Origin: Candidatus Parvarchaeota archaeon
GTDB taxonomy: Archaea > Nanobdellota > Nanobdellia > Parvarchaeales > Parvarchaeaceae
Length of the DNA: 64,000 nt
Direction of reading: 5' to 3'
Assembly: GCA_023380585.1 (NCBI GenBank)
Contig: JAMCRN010000009.1
Span: 2,524-66,523 of the forward strand
Part shown: one piece after another, positions 28,743-38,198 of the stretch
Numbering within the stretch: the first letter of the stretch is position 1
Layout: each line of letters opens with the position of its first letter
Notes under the pieces: generated by a model
What the model was told of the DNA's origin: nothing
The model's input: the letters and a program-made list of their open reading frames with translations, nothing else
Databases searched by the model: none
Program-made: the position numbers and the translations under genes

Positions 28743-29640
28743 TTTTAGCCTCGCGTCTGATATACAGTCTTAAGAGCTTTAAAGCCTTTTCCTTATCATT
28801 TATTTTGCCGTTTATAGTGCGCTGCCTAGCCTCTCCTACAAAACCTATTCTTTTCATCTCTTCTGATAATCTTTTTATGTCAAGTCCGCTTTTTTCCCCT
28901 GCAAGGACGAATATCTGGGAGCTAGAAACGACAGCTATGTCTTTTCCAGGGCTTTCTTTTATGAATTTATTAAATACACGATAAAAATCTGAGATTCGCA
29001 TATTCCCCATGTCCAATGGCATATTAGAAGCGTTAAGTAGTGACTCTAGCAGGAATATATCATTATCCTTCTCTTCCTTGAGGGCGCCTTTAAGTCGTGA
29101 ATACTCATCGGATAATCTTTCAGGGTCGAACCCATTTTGCAGAGACAAGCGTAGGATGTCGTTTTTTTTATCTATAGCGAAAAGAATCGCGTCCAACCCA
29201 GATAAAAAACGTATCTCCGTCTCGCCACGTAAGTGGGATATATTGCAAATAGAGAACGCTAATATCTCTTTGGTAGTTTTTACATGTTTGTGTATGCAAG
29301 CAGAGAAATCAAAATCGCCTATAGAGATTACTCGTACCGTTTTTTCTTTTTCAAGCCGCTCTTCGTTGAATCTCAGTTTAGGGAAGCGCTTTATAGCCTT
29401 GTTTAAATCATCGAACATCGTTTCATTTACCTTCAGATTAGAATTTATTACTTTATTTGTATCTGCCTCTGCCACGAATACCTTTTCTGCGTCTAAGTTC
29501 TCCTTTATGAAAATCTTGCCCAGCTTTTCTTCAGAGAAAGTGTCAGCTTTCCTGACGTGTATTTCTTCCCCAAGGTTTTGCAATGACCTGGCGAATATGT
29601 GTTCTGCGGAGTGTAATCCCTCGTTCTCTGATACCGACAT
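28732..29640 (-). CDS. AlaX-like tRNA editing domain protein (alanyl/threonyl-tRNA synthetase second additional domain)
   Basis: An HxxxH motif (HSAEH) near the N-terminus and a CxxxH motif (CIHKH) about 100 aa downstream, matching the zinc-binding motifs of the AlaRS/ThrRS editing domain. Confidence 0.5.
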   Translation of the reverse strand: MSVSENEGLHSAEHIFARSLQNLGEEIHVRKADTFSEEKLGKIFIKENLDAEKVFVAEADTNKVINSNLKVNETMFDDLNKAIKRFPKLRFNEERLEKEKTVRVISIGDFDFSACIHKHVKTTKEILAFSICNISHLRGETEIRFLSGLDAILFAIDKKNDILRLSLQNGFDPERLSDEYSRLKGALKEEKDNDIFLLESLLNASNMPLDMGNMRISDFYRVFNKFIKESPGKDIAVVSSSQIFVLAGEKSGLDIKRLSEEMKRIGFVGEARQRTINGKINDKEKALKLLRLYIRREAKNAQ

Positions 29641-29702
29641 TAGATAAAAAAGATTGCATAATATATAAATCTCAAACAGCTCAGATTCTATATGTCTAAT
29701 CT

Positions 29703-30596
29703 ATGGCAGGTATAGATTTACTTGGAGTTCCTTCATGTCTAGGCGCTAATCGAGAAGGGTGTGAGAAAGGTCCAAAAGCGGTAAGAGAGGCAGGGTTGTT
29801 GGATAAGAACAATGTACCATACATCGATATCCGAGACCTAGGAGACATAGAGGTGCCGCAGGAATCAAGCAAAGACAAAAATCCTAAAAATATAGATGCT
29901 ATAAAAGCGCTTTGCCTGAGAATAAGAAAATCTGTAAAAGACAGCCTCTCCAGCAATAGATTGCCACTAGTTATAGGAGGGGATCATTCCCTGTCAATAG
30001 GTACCCTGGCCGGGGTCAGCGATTATCTTTCGGAGCAGGTAGGTCTTATCTGGTTTGATGCGCACCCCGACTTTAATACACCAGAAACGTCGATCACAGG
30101 GAACATGCATGGGATGTCTTTGGCTGTTGCCTGCGGCCTAGCCAAAAAGTGGTTCGCTCCTCCGGAATGGCCAAGCGAGGCAGTGGATCTTTCGAGAGTC
30201 GTTATAATAGGAGCAAGGAGTTTTGATGAGGAGGAAGCCAAAATACTGCATGATTTGGATATCAGAGTATTTACGATTCAAGATATAGACTTGGTCGGGA
30301 TAAAAGATATCATAAAAAACGCTATAGATATCGCATCAGGTCCGCTTGGGAAGCCTATCCACGTAAGTTTCGATATGGATGTGATCGACCCATTAATATC
30401 TCCTGGCGTTTCTACACCAGTTGATGGAGGAATCACTTTCAGAGAAGCAAGGCTAGCCATGGAGCTGCTTCATGATTCTACCACTCTTACATCGGCAGAG
30501 TTCGTGGAAACGAACCCATTATTTGATTATAAAGGTTCTACCATCAACACGGAGCGCAGCCTTATAACTTCACTTTTTGGAAAGAGGGCATACTGA
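29703..30596 (+). CDS. arginase/agmatinase family ureohydrolase
   Basis: GGDHSLSIG, DAHPD and SFDMDVIDP, the Mn-binding motifs. Confidence 0.85.
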   Translation: MAGIDLLGVPSCLGANREGCEKGPKAVREAGLLDKNNVPYIDIRDLGDIEVPQESSKDKNPKNIDAIKALCLRIRKSVKDSLSSNRLPLVIGGDHSLSIGTLAGVSDYLSEQVGLIWFDAHPDFNTPETSITGNMHGMSLAVACGLAKKWFAPPEWPSEAVDLSRVVIIGARSFDEEEAKILHDLDIRVFTIQDIDLVGIKDIIKNAIDIASGPLGKPIHVSFDMDVIDPLISPGVSTPVDGGITFREARLAMELLHDSTTLTSAEFVETNPLFDYKGSTINTERSLITSLFGKRAY

Positions 30597-30646
30597 CGTA
30601 CGATGGTAGAAATAAGTAATATAAAACACAAATGATGGGCATATAG

Positions 30647-31930
30647 ATGAAAGAAGAAAACAGGGATACTATAAAATTATGCGGGTGGGTCGAAAATCTC
30701 CGTGATTTGGGCAAGATACTTTTCATAAAGGTCAGAGACGACAGCGGATATTACCAGGTAACAATAATAAGAGAAGAAAGCAGCAAGATATTCGAGGAAG
30801 CCAAAAAAATAAAACCGGAATCGGTTATATCATTAAACGGCATAAAAAGGGCGAATAAGAAGGTAATAAATGGCTATGAGATAATCCCTCAGCAGATAGA
30901 GCTGATGTCAGAAGCAGAGCAGCCCGTGCCTCTTAATCTGAATGAGAACGTTAAATCCTCCCTCGACAAGGAGATAGATTATAGATTTCTCAGCCTTAGA
31001 AAGCCAAGTGTAGCATCAATATTCAAGATACAAAGCACAGTAAGTAACGCTATAGTAGAGTTTTTTCAAAAGAATGGCTTCTACCAGATACACTCTTCCA
31101 AAATAGTTTCACAGGCGACGGAAGGAGGGGCAAACGTTTTTCCAGTCATATACTTCGATAGGACCGCTTATTTAGCGCAGTCACCACAATTTTACAAACA
31201 AATGATGATGTCCGCAGGGCTAGAGAAGGTTTTCGAGATAGGGCCCGTGTTCAGGGCAGAACCGCACCATACCTCCAGGCACCTCACAGAATATACAAGT
31301 GTCGATATTGAGATGAGTTTTATCAAGTCATATGAAGACGTAATGGACATAATGGAGGATATGATGATATACCTATTCAAGAAGGTAAGAAAGACAAACG
31401 TTCGAGAGCTTAAATCAACTGGCGCTAGTCTCAAGGTTCCGCGGAAGCCATTTCCAAGGATAAATATGGCAGATGCCGCAAAAATATTGGAAAAATACGG
31501 GAATAGACCAAAAGATGACGGAGACATAGATCCAGAAGGAGAGCGCATCCTCGGAGAGTATGTTAAGGAGCGGTATGGAGCCGAAATTTTCTTCCTTACA
31601 GAATTCCCATGGACTATCGCCCAGTTTTACCACATGAGGAGCAAGGAAAATCCAAACATAACGTATCGCGCTGATATGATATACAAAGGGCTTGAGATAA
31701 CAACACTTGCACAAAGGGAGCACAGGTATGATGTGCTTGTAAAGCAGTTAAAGGAAAAAGGACTTGACCAAGAAAAATTCCAGTTCTACTTGGATTTCTT
31801 CAGATACGGTGTCCCTCCCCATGGAGGGTCCGGCACTGGTTTAGAAAGAATAGTAAAGCAGATGTTGAACCTGGAAAATGTGGCGGAGGCGACACTATTA
31901 CCAAGAACACCGGACAGACTGACTCCTTAA
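30647..31930 (+). CDS. aspS: aspartate--tRNA ligase (archaeal type, class IIb)
   Basis: An N-terminal OB fold, motif 2 GPVFRAE, QSPQFYKQ, and motif 3 GGSGTGLERI. Confidence 0.85.
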   Translation: MKEENRDTIKLCGWVENLRDLGKILFIKVRDDSGYYQVTIIREESSKIFEEAKKIKPESVISLNGIKRANKKVINGYEIIPQQIELMSEAEQPVPLNLNENVKSSLDKEIDYRFLSLRKPSVASIFKIQSTVSNAIVEFFQKNGFYQIHSSKIVSQATEGGANVFPVIYFDRTAYLAQSPQFYKQMMMSAGLEKVFEIGPVFRAEPHHTSRHLTEYTSVDIEMSFIKSYEDVMDIMEDMMIYLFKKVRKTNVRELKSTGASLKVPRKPFPRINMADAAKILEKYGNRPKDDGDIDPEGERILGEYVKERYGAEIFFLTEFPWTIAQFYHMRSKENPNITYRADMIYKGLEITTLAQREHRYDVLVKQLKEKGLDQEKFQFYLDFFRYGVPPHGGSGTGLERIVKQMLNLENVAEATLLPRTPDRLTP

Positions 31931-32640
31931 GCGTACATGGTGTCGGTTTCTTTATCGTAATTAAGGTTTTCGCCTAACTGCATACGTATCATGGAAACAA
32001 CTAACGATGTTTTCGAAGCCATATCCTTTTTGGTCATCTCGGCTTTCAATGTATCCGGATTGAGTCTAAACGAGTACAGTTCATCTTTATCTTTGTCCCA
32101 TATATATAAGTCGTACCCTAAACGGTGCAGCGTATACTCAAGTATAAGTTTGTGGGAATCAGGTGTAGGTTCTTGTGCGCTTGTAATATAAGGAAATAGA
32201 CCTGGGTTTACTTTGTACAGCTCTTCCTTCGTCGTCATATAAGCGAATGAGTTTATTTCTTGGGGATCATCTTCGTTTTCTTCATCATATGAGTAGTTAA
32301 TAAAAAAAGAATTGTTTTTTATATCAGCAGATATTTTAGCACCTATCGAGTCATACCTTAAATCCGATACATCGAGTTTTCTTCTTTTGATGGAGAGTTC
32401 TTTTTTTAGCTTCCTTTTTACTCCAGGGTATTTTTTGCCAAATTTATTTATGGTATCTATTTTTGGTCCCGTATGATCGGTGGCTATGTCATAACCTACA
32501 GTCGTAAGTCTGTCTTCTTCATTATTGTATATCCAGGTAGGTGCTCCCATTGTATTGTATAAAAGAAAAAGCGAGTAAGAATCGAGAGATTTTAAGGTTT
32601 TTATAGTTTCTAACCCGTTCTTCATGGCTTTTTTTTTCAT
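31927..32640 (-). CDS. hypothetical protein, paralog of 32826..33704 (C-terminal MYA tail)
   Basis: Shares blocks with its neighbour (YIWDKDKDELYSFRLNP vs YVLDKKNDSMFIIDIKP). Both end in MYA. Confidence 0.5.
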   Translation of the reverse strand: MKKKAMKNGLETIKTLKSLDSYSLFLLYNTMGAPTWIYNNEEDRLTTVGYDIATDHTGPKIDTINKFGKKYPGVKRKLKKELSIKRRKLDVSDLRYDSIGAKISADIKNNSFFINYSYDEENEDDPQEINSFAYMTTKEELYKVNPGLFPYITSAQEPTPDSHKLILEYTLHRLGYDLYIWDKDKDELYSFRLNPDTLKAEMTKKDMASKTSLVVSMIRMQLGENLNYDKETDTMYA

Positions 32641-32825
32641 CTATAAGGTATACGCCGCCAGCGTGCATGTCTTTCAAAGGGTGAAATACCACTGCAGTTC
32701 CTATCATGTCTGCCGCCAGTCCGAGTATCCCGCTGTCCAGCTCATCTTCGTCTCCTGGTTTTTGTGTATCTGATATTATCTGCTCTAAGCCGGGCTTACG
32801 ATAAGAAAGACCAGTAACGTTGTCT

Positions 32826-33704
32826 TCAGGCATACATCTCACCGGAATTCGAATTGTCTTTAGCTTTAGGTTTTATCCTGCTGTCAAAAGAAAGGTCTTT
32901 TTCTAATCTGCAAAGTTCAGGAAAGTTTTCAGATGCCTTGACCGGGGGAAGAAAATTCGTGACAGGAGAGCCGTTTGGTTTTATATCGATAATGAACATA
33001 GAATCATTTTTTTTGTCTAAAACATACATCGACGCTCCCAAAGATAGGCCAAAAAAATCCAGTGATTCCTTGTCCAATACCAGTATCTTGTCTAACAGGT
33101 TATCTTCTTTCTTTTCCACCCTATCATACGTTGTGAACAGTATCTGCTTGATATCAATAGGGGATGCTCCATACAAGACAAATTCTGACACGTCTTTTAG
33201 GTCTGCTACCAAATATGATATGTATTCACGTTTTTTGTCTATCTTTATAGAATCTTCATCCTTTACTTTGTCATGATCCGGAATATCCAGAATATAAAGA
33301 CATTTTTTAAACTCGGGCCTCTCTTTGCTGAGTCCAGATGTCCTATACTCTATAGAATCTATAAGTCCCTGGTGTCCTTCTGCTATATAAGCCACAGTGT
33401 CTTTTTTCCTGTCTATGATGTAAACGTCGAAGCGCAGAATATTCTTGAGAAAGCGCAGAGCCCTCTCATTCATGGATGACAGTATCTCGTCTACTTCAGG
33501 GATGCTTTTTGATAGCACATCATAATCTACGATATAAAACGGGTTAAAAAGCCCGTTTTCGTCTCTGACGATAGAAGACGCGGATTTTATCTTTGCGGCT
33601 AAACCGTGGATACGCGAAAATATCCTACTCGCGTCCCCTTTTTTTGCTTCTTCACTCGCCAGGCAGTCTTCTAAATTATAAAGTGTTTTTATTTTGCTTT
33701 TCAT
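32826..33704 (-). CDS. hypothetical protein, paralog of 31927..32640 (C-terminal MYA tail)
   Basis: See the paralog at 31927..32640. Confidence 0.5.
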   Translation of the reverse strand: MKSKIKTLYNLEDCLASEEAKKGDASRIFSRIHGLAAKIKSASSIVRDENGLFNPFYIVDYDVLSKSIPEVDEILSSMNERALRFLKNILRFDVYIIDRKKDTVAYIAEGHQGLIDSIEYRTSGLSKERPEFKKCLYILDIPDHDKVKDEDSIKIDKKREYISYLVADLKDVSEFVLYGASPIDIKQILFTTYDRVEKKEDNLLDKILVLDKESLDFFGLSLGASMYVLDKKNDSMFIIDIKPNGSPVTNFLPPVKASENFPELCRLEKDLSFDSRIKPKAKDNSNSGEMYA

Positions 33705-33761
33705 ATCCTATCTTAGATGGGGTAGGATATTTATAGATTGAGAACGTCCAGCAAGTACTTT

Positions 33762-34436
33762 CTAAGGCTGTTTGTTTTGGGAGGAGGATTTAAGACCTTC
33801 TATAAGGTCCCTGAGCTCTTTTATGCTGTCGCTTATAGTCGGTACCAATCTATCTATAACTTTTTCAAACGCTTGCAGCTCTATGTTTACGTCTGATAAG
33901 GTCTTGTTATACTCTTCGGTTTTACCTACCATAGTATTCTGGATGCGGTCTATACGTTCGTTAAGACTGTTTACTTTTTCCTCGAGACTCTGAGTTGAAA
34001 GCGCATTCGCCTTTACCTCATTTTTTATAGCGGACATGTCGGCTGCAGCGGACTCCCATTTCTCTTGTATTATCTGTTCCAATACCTGCTGCATGGCATC
34101 AAGGGTTTTATCGCTTATATTCGTCTGCGCAGTCTGAGACTGTTGCGGTCTTTTCGGCGCCGGTGGCTCATCTTGTACGTCCTCAGTCATCTGCATAGTG
34201 TCATAAGACGGCATTTTGAACCCGGAAGGCGGTTCTGTGTCCTGGTCTTTGTTTATTGACGCTTTTATAAGCGCGTTTTTTATCGCTGTGCTGTCATACC
34301 CCTGTTGTCTTAGGCTTTCTATTATATCCTGGTCACTCATGCCGTTTTTAACCATATCTGACACGTCCGGTACGTCTGCCGGTTCCTTTTTCCTGAAAGC
34401 GTCTATCAAACTCATATCAGCTCCATTTTTTGCCAC
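33762..34436 (-). CDS. coiled-coil protein with acidic Q-rich linker
   Basis: A small N-terminal helical domain, a PAPKRPQQSQ linker, and a long C-terminal coiled coil. Confidence 0.45.
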   Translation of the reverse strand: MAKNGADMSLIDAFRKKEPADVPDVSDMVKNGMSDQDIIESLRQQGYDSTAIKNALIKASINKDQDTEPPSGFKMPSYDTMQMTEDVQDEPPAPKRPQQSQTAQTNISDKTLDAMQQVLEQIIQEKWESAAADMSAIKNEVKANALSTQSLEEKVNSLNERIDRIQNTMVGKTEEYNKTLSDVNIELQAFEKVIDRLVPTISDSIKELRDLIEGLKSSSQNKQP

Positions 34437-34785
34437 TCATATAGTTGTCTACAATTTTTATAACGTCTTCCTTACTTAAAAACCTTGATGGGTCTATGAA
34501 ATTGAGGTACTTTTCTATTACTTTTATGTCCTGGAGCCTGGCAGCTTTTTGCACCTCTCTCTCCAATCTGCTTACGCTATCCTTCACTTCCAGAAGCTCT
34601 GTCTTGTAAGTGGACAAAGAAAGAGAGACAGCCCTTATCTGGTCGCTTATTTCTTTGTATTTGTCATTCTGATTCTGGTCAAGCATCTTTATTGTATCTC
34701 TGAGCTGCGACAGCCTTTGATCAAAGATCTTTATAGACTCTCTTAGCTCTACGATGTTCTTTGCAGTATCACCAACCGGCTCCAT
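34417..34785 (-). CDS. coiled-coil protein
   Basis: Heptad-rich 122-aa ORF overlapping the upstream coiled-coil gene by 20 nt. Confidence 0.45.
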   Translation of the reverse strand: MEPVGDTAKNIVELRESIKIFDQRLSQLRDTIKMLDQNQNDKYKEISDQIRAVSLSLSTYKTELLEVKDSVSRLEREVQKAARLQDIKVIEKYLNFIDPSRFLSKEDVIKIVDNYMSGKKWS

Positions 34786-34961
34786 TCTAATCTATAAAAG
34801 CCTATGTTTTTATGTCTTTCCAAAATCTAGGAGCTAATGAATCGATAAGCAGGTAGAAAATGTCTTAACAAGTCTACGAGAATACAAATTTCTTAAGACT
34901 TAGTATGAAAGTCGATAAAATATAGATACGGAACAATAAAATATTACACGTAAAAGGCGGA

Positions 34962-35083
34962 TCCCGACGGAAGCCGAAAGTGCTACACCTAGTGTGGTCC
35001 AGTAAAGCCTCTTTCGCACAGAACGATCCTATGTGATGTAAAACCGGAGGAGAAGTTAGTATGCCGCCTTTTTCAAAGAAGTG
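34962..35083 (+). ncRNA. candidate structured small RNA (closing helix GGCGG...CCGCC followed by a T-run)
   Basis: A 113-nt segment closed by AAAAGGCGG...CCGCCTTTTT, with internal helices GUGC/GCAC and ACAC/GUGU. An A/T box lies about 25 nt upstream, and a T5 run follows the 3' stem. Confidence 0.3.
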
Positions 35084-35150
35084 TGATCTATATGCGTAAT
35101 CTTAGTGTACTTCGCACGTATATATATTAGTTTATAATAAGATACAGATA

Positions 35151-35465
35151 ATGGGAAAAAATATCAGAAGAGGAAGAACATCAAGTGTGCATTGTGCTTC
35201 ATGTGGCCAAACAACAAGAAGAGACAGGGCTGTATATCTCTTCAGAGATGGTATAAAAGCGTATTACTGCCCAGACTGCGCCAAGAAGATACACGGTTCT
35301 AGATTGTACAAGGGGATGCCGAAGTTCATAAAGAAGAGACAAGAGGCCAAGACGAAGAGAAAATTTGTGATGTACACAAAGGACTACAGTACGGAGGAGC
35401 CTGCCCAGCTCGATTCAAAAATCGATGAAACAGATTCAACAAAAGACGAGATACAATCGCCTTAA
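35151..35465 (+). CDS. zinc-ribbon protein (CxxC...CxxC), basic; possibly ribosomal or nucleic-acid-binding
   Basis: CASCGQ...CPDC plus a Lys/Arg-rich tail. Confidence 0.45.
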   Translation: MGKNIRRGRTSSVHCASCGQTTRRDRAVYLFRDGIKAYYCPDCAKKIHGSRLYKGMPKFIKKRQEAKTKRKFVMYTKDYSTEEPAQLDSKIDETDSTKDEIQSP

Positions 35466-35470
35466 GGGAT

Positions 35471-36247
35471 ATGATAATCAGGTTTAGTGTTAGACGTATA
35501 CTATTAGTAGTAGTCGTTATAGTTTTAGCTGCATTTGCGTATTATTTTTTCTTATCTGGGCATATATCTGCGGCCCCGCAAACACCAGCAGATGTAAGGT
35601 ACGCCTTGGAATATTTCAATGCGGTGGAGTCAAATAAAACAATAATCGTGCCGCCGTCATATTATAAAATTGCGTCTGAACTTGCTATAAATGGCAATAA
35701 AGTGGTAAGCGATGCAGCAGAGTATGCAGGTATCCTATTTGGGAACAAGTCTCTCCCTAAAGGAGATTTCATCCTTGTAGACATGGCGCAATTGGATCAA
35801 TTAGGAAGCCTGTCGAAGGCATCAGGACTGAATCTGTCCTATGATATAGTCTCTTTCCCGCCGTCTTACTACCAGGCTAATCTAAGCAATTCAGAGAGAA
35901 ACTGTCTCGTTTATAAGAACGTTTCATCTTACTTCGCTTTTTGTGGCGTATATCTAGACAACGTTAAAATAGCCTATATAGGGATGATTAAATTTCCGGG
36001 GAGCAGCACTGAATACGAGATAAATTCGACAGTCTTCTACAATGGCATCCATAGATATTTGTTCAAGTCAATAGCGACTAATAATTCGAATGAAAAGCAC
36101 GGGATCGCATTAGTTTATCAGAATATCACGACGCTTTATTTCCCTCAAAACATTACCAAGACATTCTTTGGCAAAGAGATGCTTCTCCCCTCGTCAGAAT
36201 TAAACAACGTTTTTGACAACTATGGGGAAGCGAGGATAATATCTTAA
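35471..36247 (+). CDS. membrane-anchored extracytoplasmic protein
   Basis: An N-terminal TM/signal anchor and several N-glycosylation sequons. Confidence 0.45.
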   Translation: MIIRFSVRRILLVVVVIVLAAFAYYFFLSGHISAAPQTPADVRYALEYFNAVESNKTIIVPPSYYKIASELAINGNKVVSDAAEYAGILFGNKSLPKGDFILVDMAQLDQLGSLSKASGLNLSYDIVSFPPSYYQANLSNSERNCLVYKNVSSYFAFCGVYLDNVKIAYIGMIKFPGSSTEYEINSTVFYNGIHRYLFKSIATNNSNEKHGIALVYQNITTLYFPQNITKTFFGKEMLLPSSELNNVFDNYGEARIIS

Positions 36248-36585
36248 AGTCTATACCGGAATAAAAACATACTTTTTTGCCTTCAAAAAGAGAAGGCACG
36301 CTATAAATATCGATATTACCAACAAAATAGAGAACAAGGAGGCAAAAACATCACATTTGAGCATAAACGGGCCGCTCCCTCCGGCTGAGCCAATGCTTAA
36401 AAAGTATGCAGACGTCGTGCAAGAGTTATAATTGTCAAAGATCTCCAAAGCCCCCGGGATACCCATAATAATGGCTATCAAAAGGAATATCTCTCGCGTC
36501 TTTCTCTTAGGCGCCGATGCCTTTTGGGGTTTAAAATCAGTATTCTCTCTACCTATCTGCTCTATATATCTTTTAGCCAGGCTCA

Positions 36586-37017
36586 TTATAACTCTAAGTG
36601 CTCCACAATAAATAAAGAATGTGTCCTGTTTATGTTCTTGTTCGTGTTGAGTTCTTTCATCAACATTCCTGCTACGTCTTCCTTGGTGCCGTTGACGACT
36701 AGCACCAGGTCCCAGTCGCCGGTGACGCTATATATATCAGATATCAGCTTGTTCTGTTTTATGCTATCCAAAAAGGATGCAGTGCTTTTAGTGTTTGTTT
36801 TAGTCAGGGAGACTAGTATAAGCGCAGACTTGTAGTTTTTCGTATCCGCATAATTAAGCGATACTTTGAAGCCCGTTATCACACCATTCTTCTTCAGCTT
36901 CTCCACGTGATAGTAAACAGTCGATTTCGGTATCTTCAGTTTCTCAGCTATGGAATTGATGTCCTTTCCTTCTCTTAGAAGATTGAGTATCTCGATGTCC
37001 TTCTGTTTTATTCCCAT
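36586..37017 (-). CDS. Lrp/AsnC family transcriptional regulator
   Basis: An N-terminal HTH (ILNLLREGKDINSIAEKLKIPKSTVYYHVEKL) and a C-terminal RAM domain. Confidence 0.85.
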   Translation of the reverse strand: MGIKQKDIEILNLLREGKDINSIAEKLKIPKSTVYYHVEKLKKNGVITGFKVSLNYADTKNYKSALILVSLTKTNTKSTASFLDSIKQNKLISDIYSVTGDWDLVLVVNGTKEDVAGMLMKELNTNKNINRTHSLFIVEHLEL

Positions 37018-37151
37018 AATTATGATAAAAATATAGATAATGTTGTAATTTTTACAATAGTATAATCTAATCCTCTGCCTTTAAAAGCTTTTACAAGAGC
37101 ATATCGCCTCTTTGGTAACGCTCTTTTATATTATTATGATATTAAATTGAA

Positions 37152-37766
37152 ATGGCGAGGATAGCGTTATTCTCGGATTTGGAAGGGGTTTTTGTACCTG
37201 AGATATGGCCAGCGATAGGAAACCGGCTTTCAATACCTGAATTGTCATTGACTACTCGCGACACACCAGATTTCAAGAGACTCATGAAAATGAGGCTAGA
37301 TGCTTTAAATAAACACCATATAAGCTTTAGCATGGTCATGTCCGCTTTGGACGGGGTAAGGCCGTTTAATAATGCGGTGGATACGATGCGGGAGATAAGC
37401 GAAATAGACGGGATAGATCCGATAATCATCTCCGACTCATTCAAGGAATTTATCGACAAGATATTGGGCAAGCTGCATGGCTGGACCGTCTTCGCGAATA
37501 AGTTTCATGTAGAAGATGACATAATAAGAGATTGCGTATTCACAGTGGGAGGTGACAAGGCAAGAATTTTTGAAGATAACATGCACAGGGGAGACAAAAC
37601 TATAGCCATAGGCGATTCTTTCAATGATGTAGGCATGCTGAAAAAAGCTAATTCCAAAATACTCTTCAACCCAATATGGGAGCTCAGGACAGTACTTACA
37701 GATGCAGTGGTATGCGACAGTATGGATTCTCTGCTGTCTGTCATAAAGCGGCTGGCCAATACATAA
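37152..37766 (+). CDS. HAD-like hydrolase (subfamily IB, SerB/MtnX-like)
   Basis: GDSFNDVGML is motif IV. Motif I is atypical (FSDLEG). Confidence 0.5.
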   Translation: MARIALFSDLEGVFVPEIWPAIGNRLSIPELSLTTRDTPDFKRLMKMRLDALNKHHISFSMVMSALDGVRPFNNAVDTMREISEIDGIDPIIISDSFKEFIDKILGKLHGWTVFANKFHVEDDIIRDCVFTVGGDKARIFEDNMHRGDKTIAIGDSFNDVGMLKKANSKILFNPIWELRTVLTDAVVCDSMDSLLSVIKRLANT

Positions 37767-37779
37767 ACCGGGCTATACT

Positions 37780-38154
37780 TCAGTCTATCAGGTTAGGCTG
37801 GTTCTTCATCAGATAACGGATAAGCAGGACCATGTAAACGAAGGCAATGCCGACCCCCAGAAATACAATTACTCCGAGAGACTTTGAGTACTCTGCCCAC
37901 AAGAATAGCAGTACGAAAAGGGCTTCGAATACTACGAACATTATTGCGTAGAAAAAATACTGGAAACCGACTGTCCTCGCCTTAAACAACGGCCTTTCTG
38001 CGCTTTCGACCGCAACGTGCGCCATGCCACCATATTTTATTCTGGGGCTTACCGCCTTCGCTATGACCATAGTGAAGACCCAGACGAGGGAGCTGGCTAC
38101 CAAAAATATGCCTAAAAGCACGAAACCGTTTTGGATCATATTATTACTATACAT
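37780..38154 (-). CDS. small integral membrane protein
   Basis: Three or four hydrophobic helices. Confidence 0.4.
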   Translation of the reverse strand: MYSNNMIQNGFVLLGIFLVASSLVWVFTMVIAKAVSPRIKYGGMAHVAVESAERPLFKARTVGFQYFFYAIMFVVFEALFVLLFLWAEYSKSLGVIVFLGVGIAFVYMVLLIRYLMKNQPNLID

Positions 38155-38198
38155 TAAACGGATTAAAAGTTAATATTATTGAAACAAGCATTAATTTT

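Noticed and set aside
32522-32842. 106-aa minus-strand ORF bridging the two MYA paralogs
   Set aside because: It overlaps the 3' end of one gene and the 5' end of the next in another frame, and spans their intergenic region. It is most likely spurious.
34962-35083. 5S rRNA, SRP RNA or RNase P RNA identity for the intergenic structured segment
   Set aside because: The length (113 nt) and absence of the CCGAAC/GUUAAGC 5S loops, the SRP helix-8 motifs and RNase P CR-I (GGAAAGUCCGGGC) argue against all three. It is kept only as a generic candidate sRNA.
36524-36835. 103-aa plus-strand ORF
   Set aside because: It is antisense to the well-supported Lrp/AsnC regulator and a small membrane protein gene, and has low-complexity sequence.
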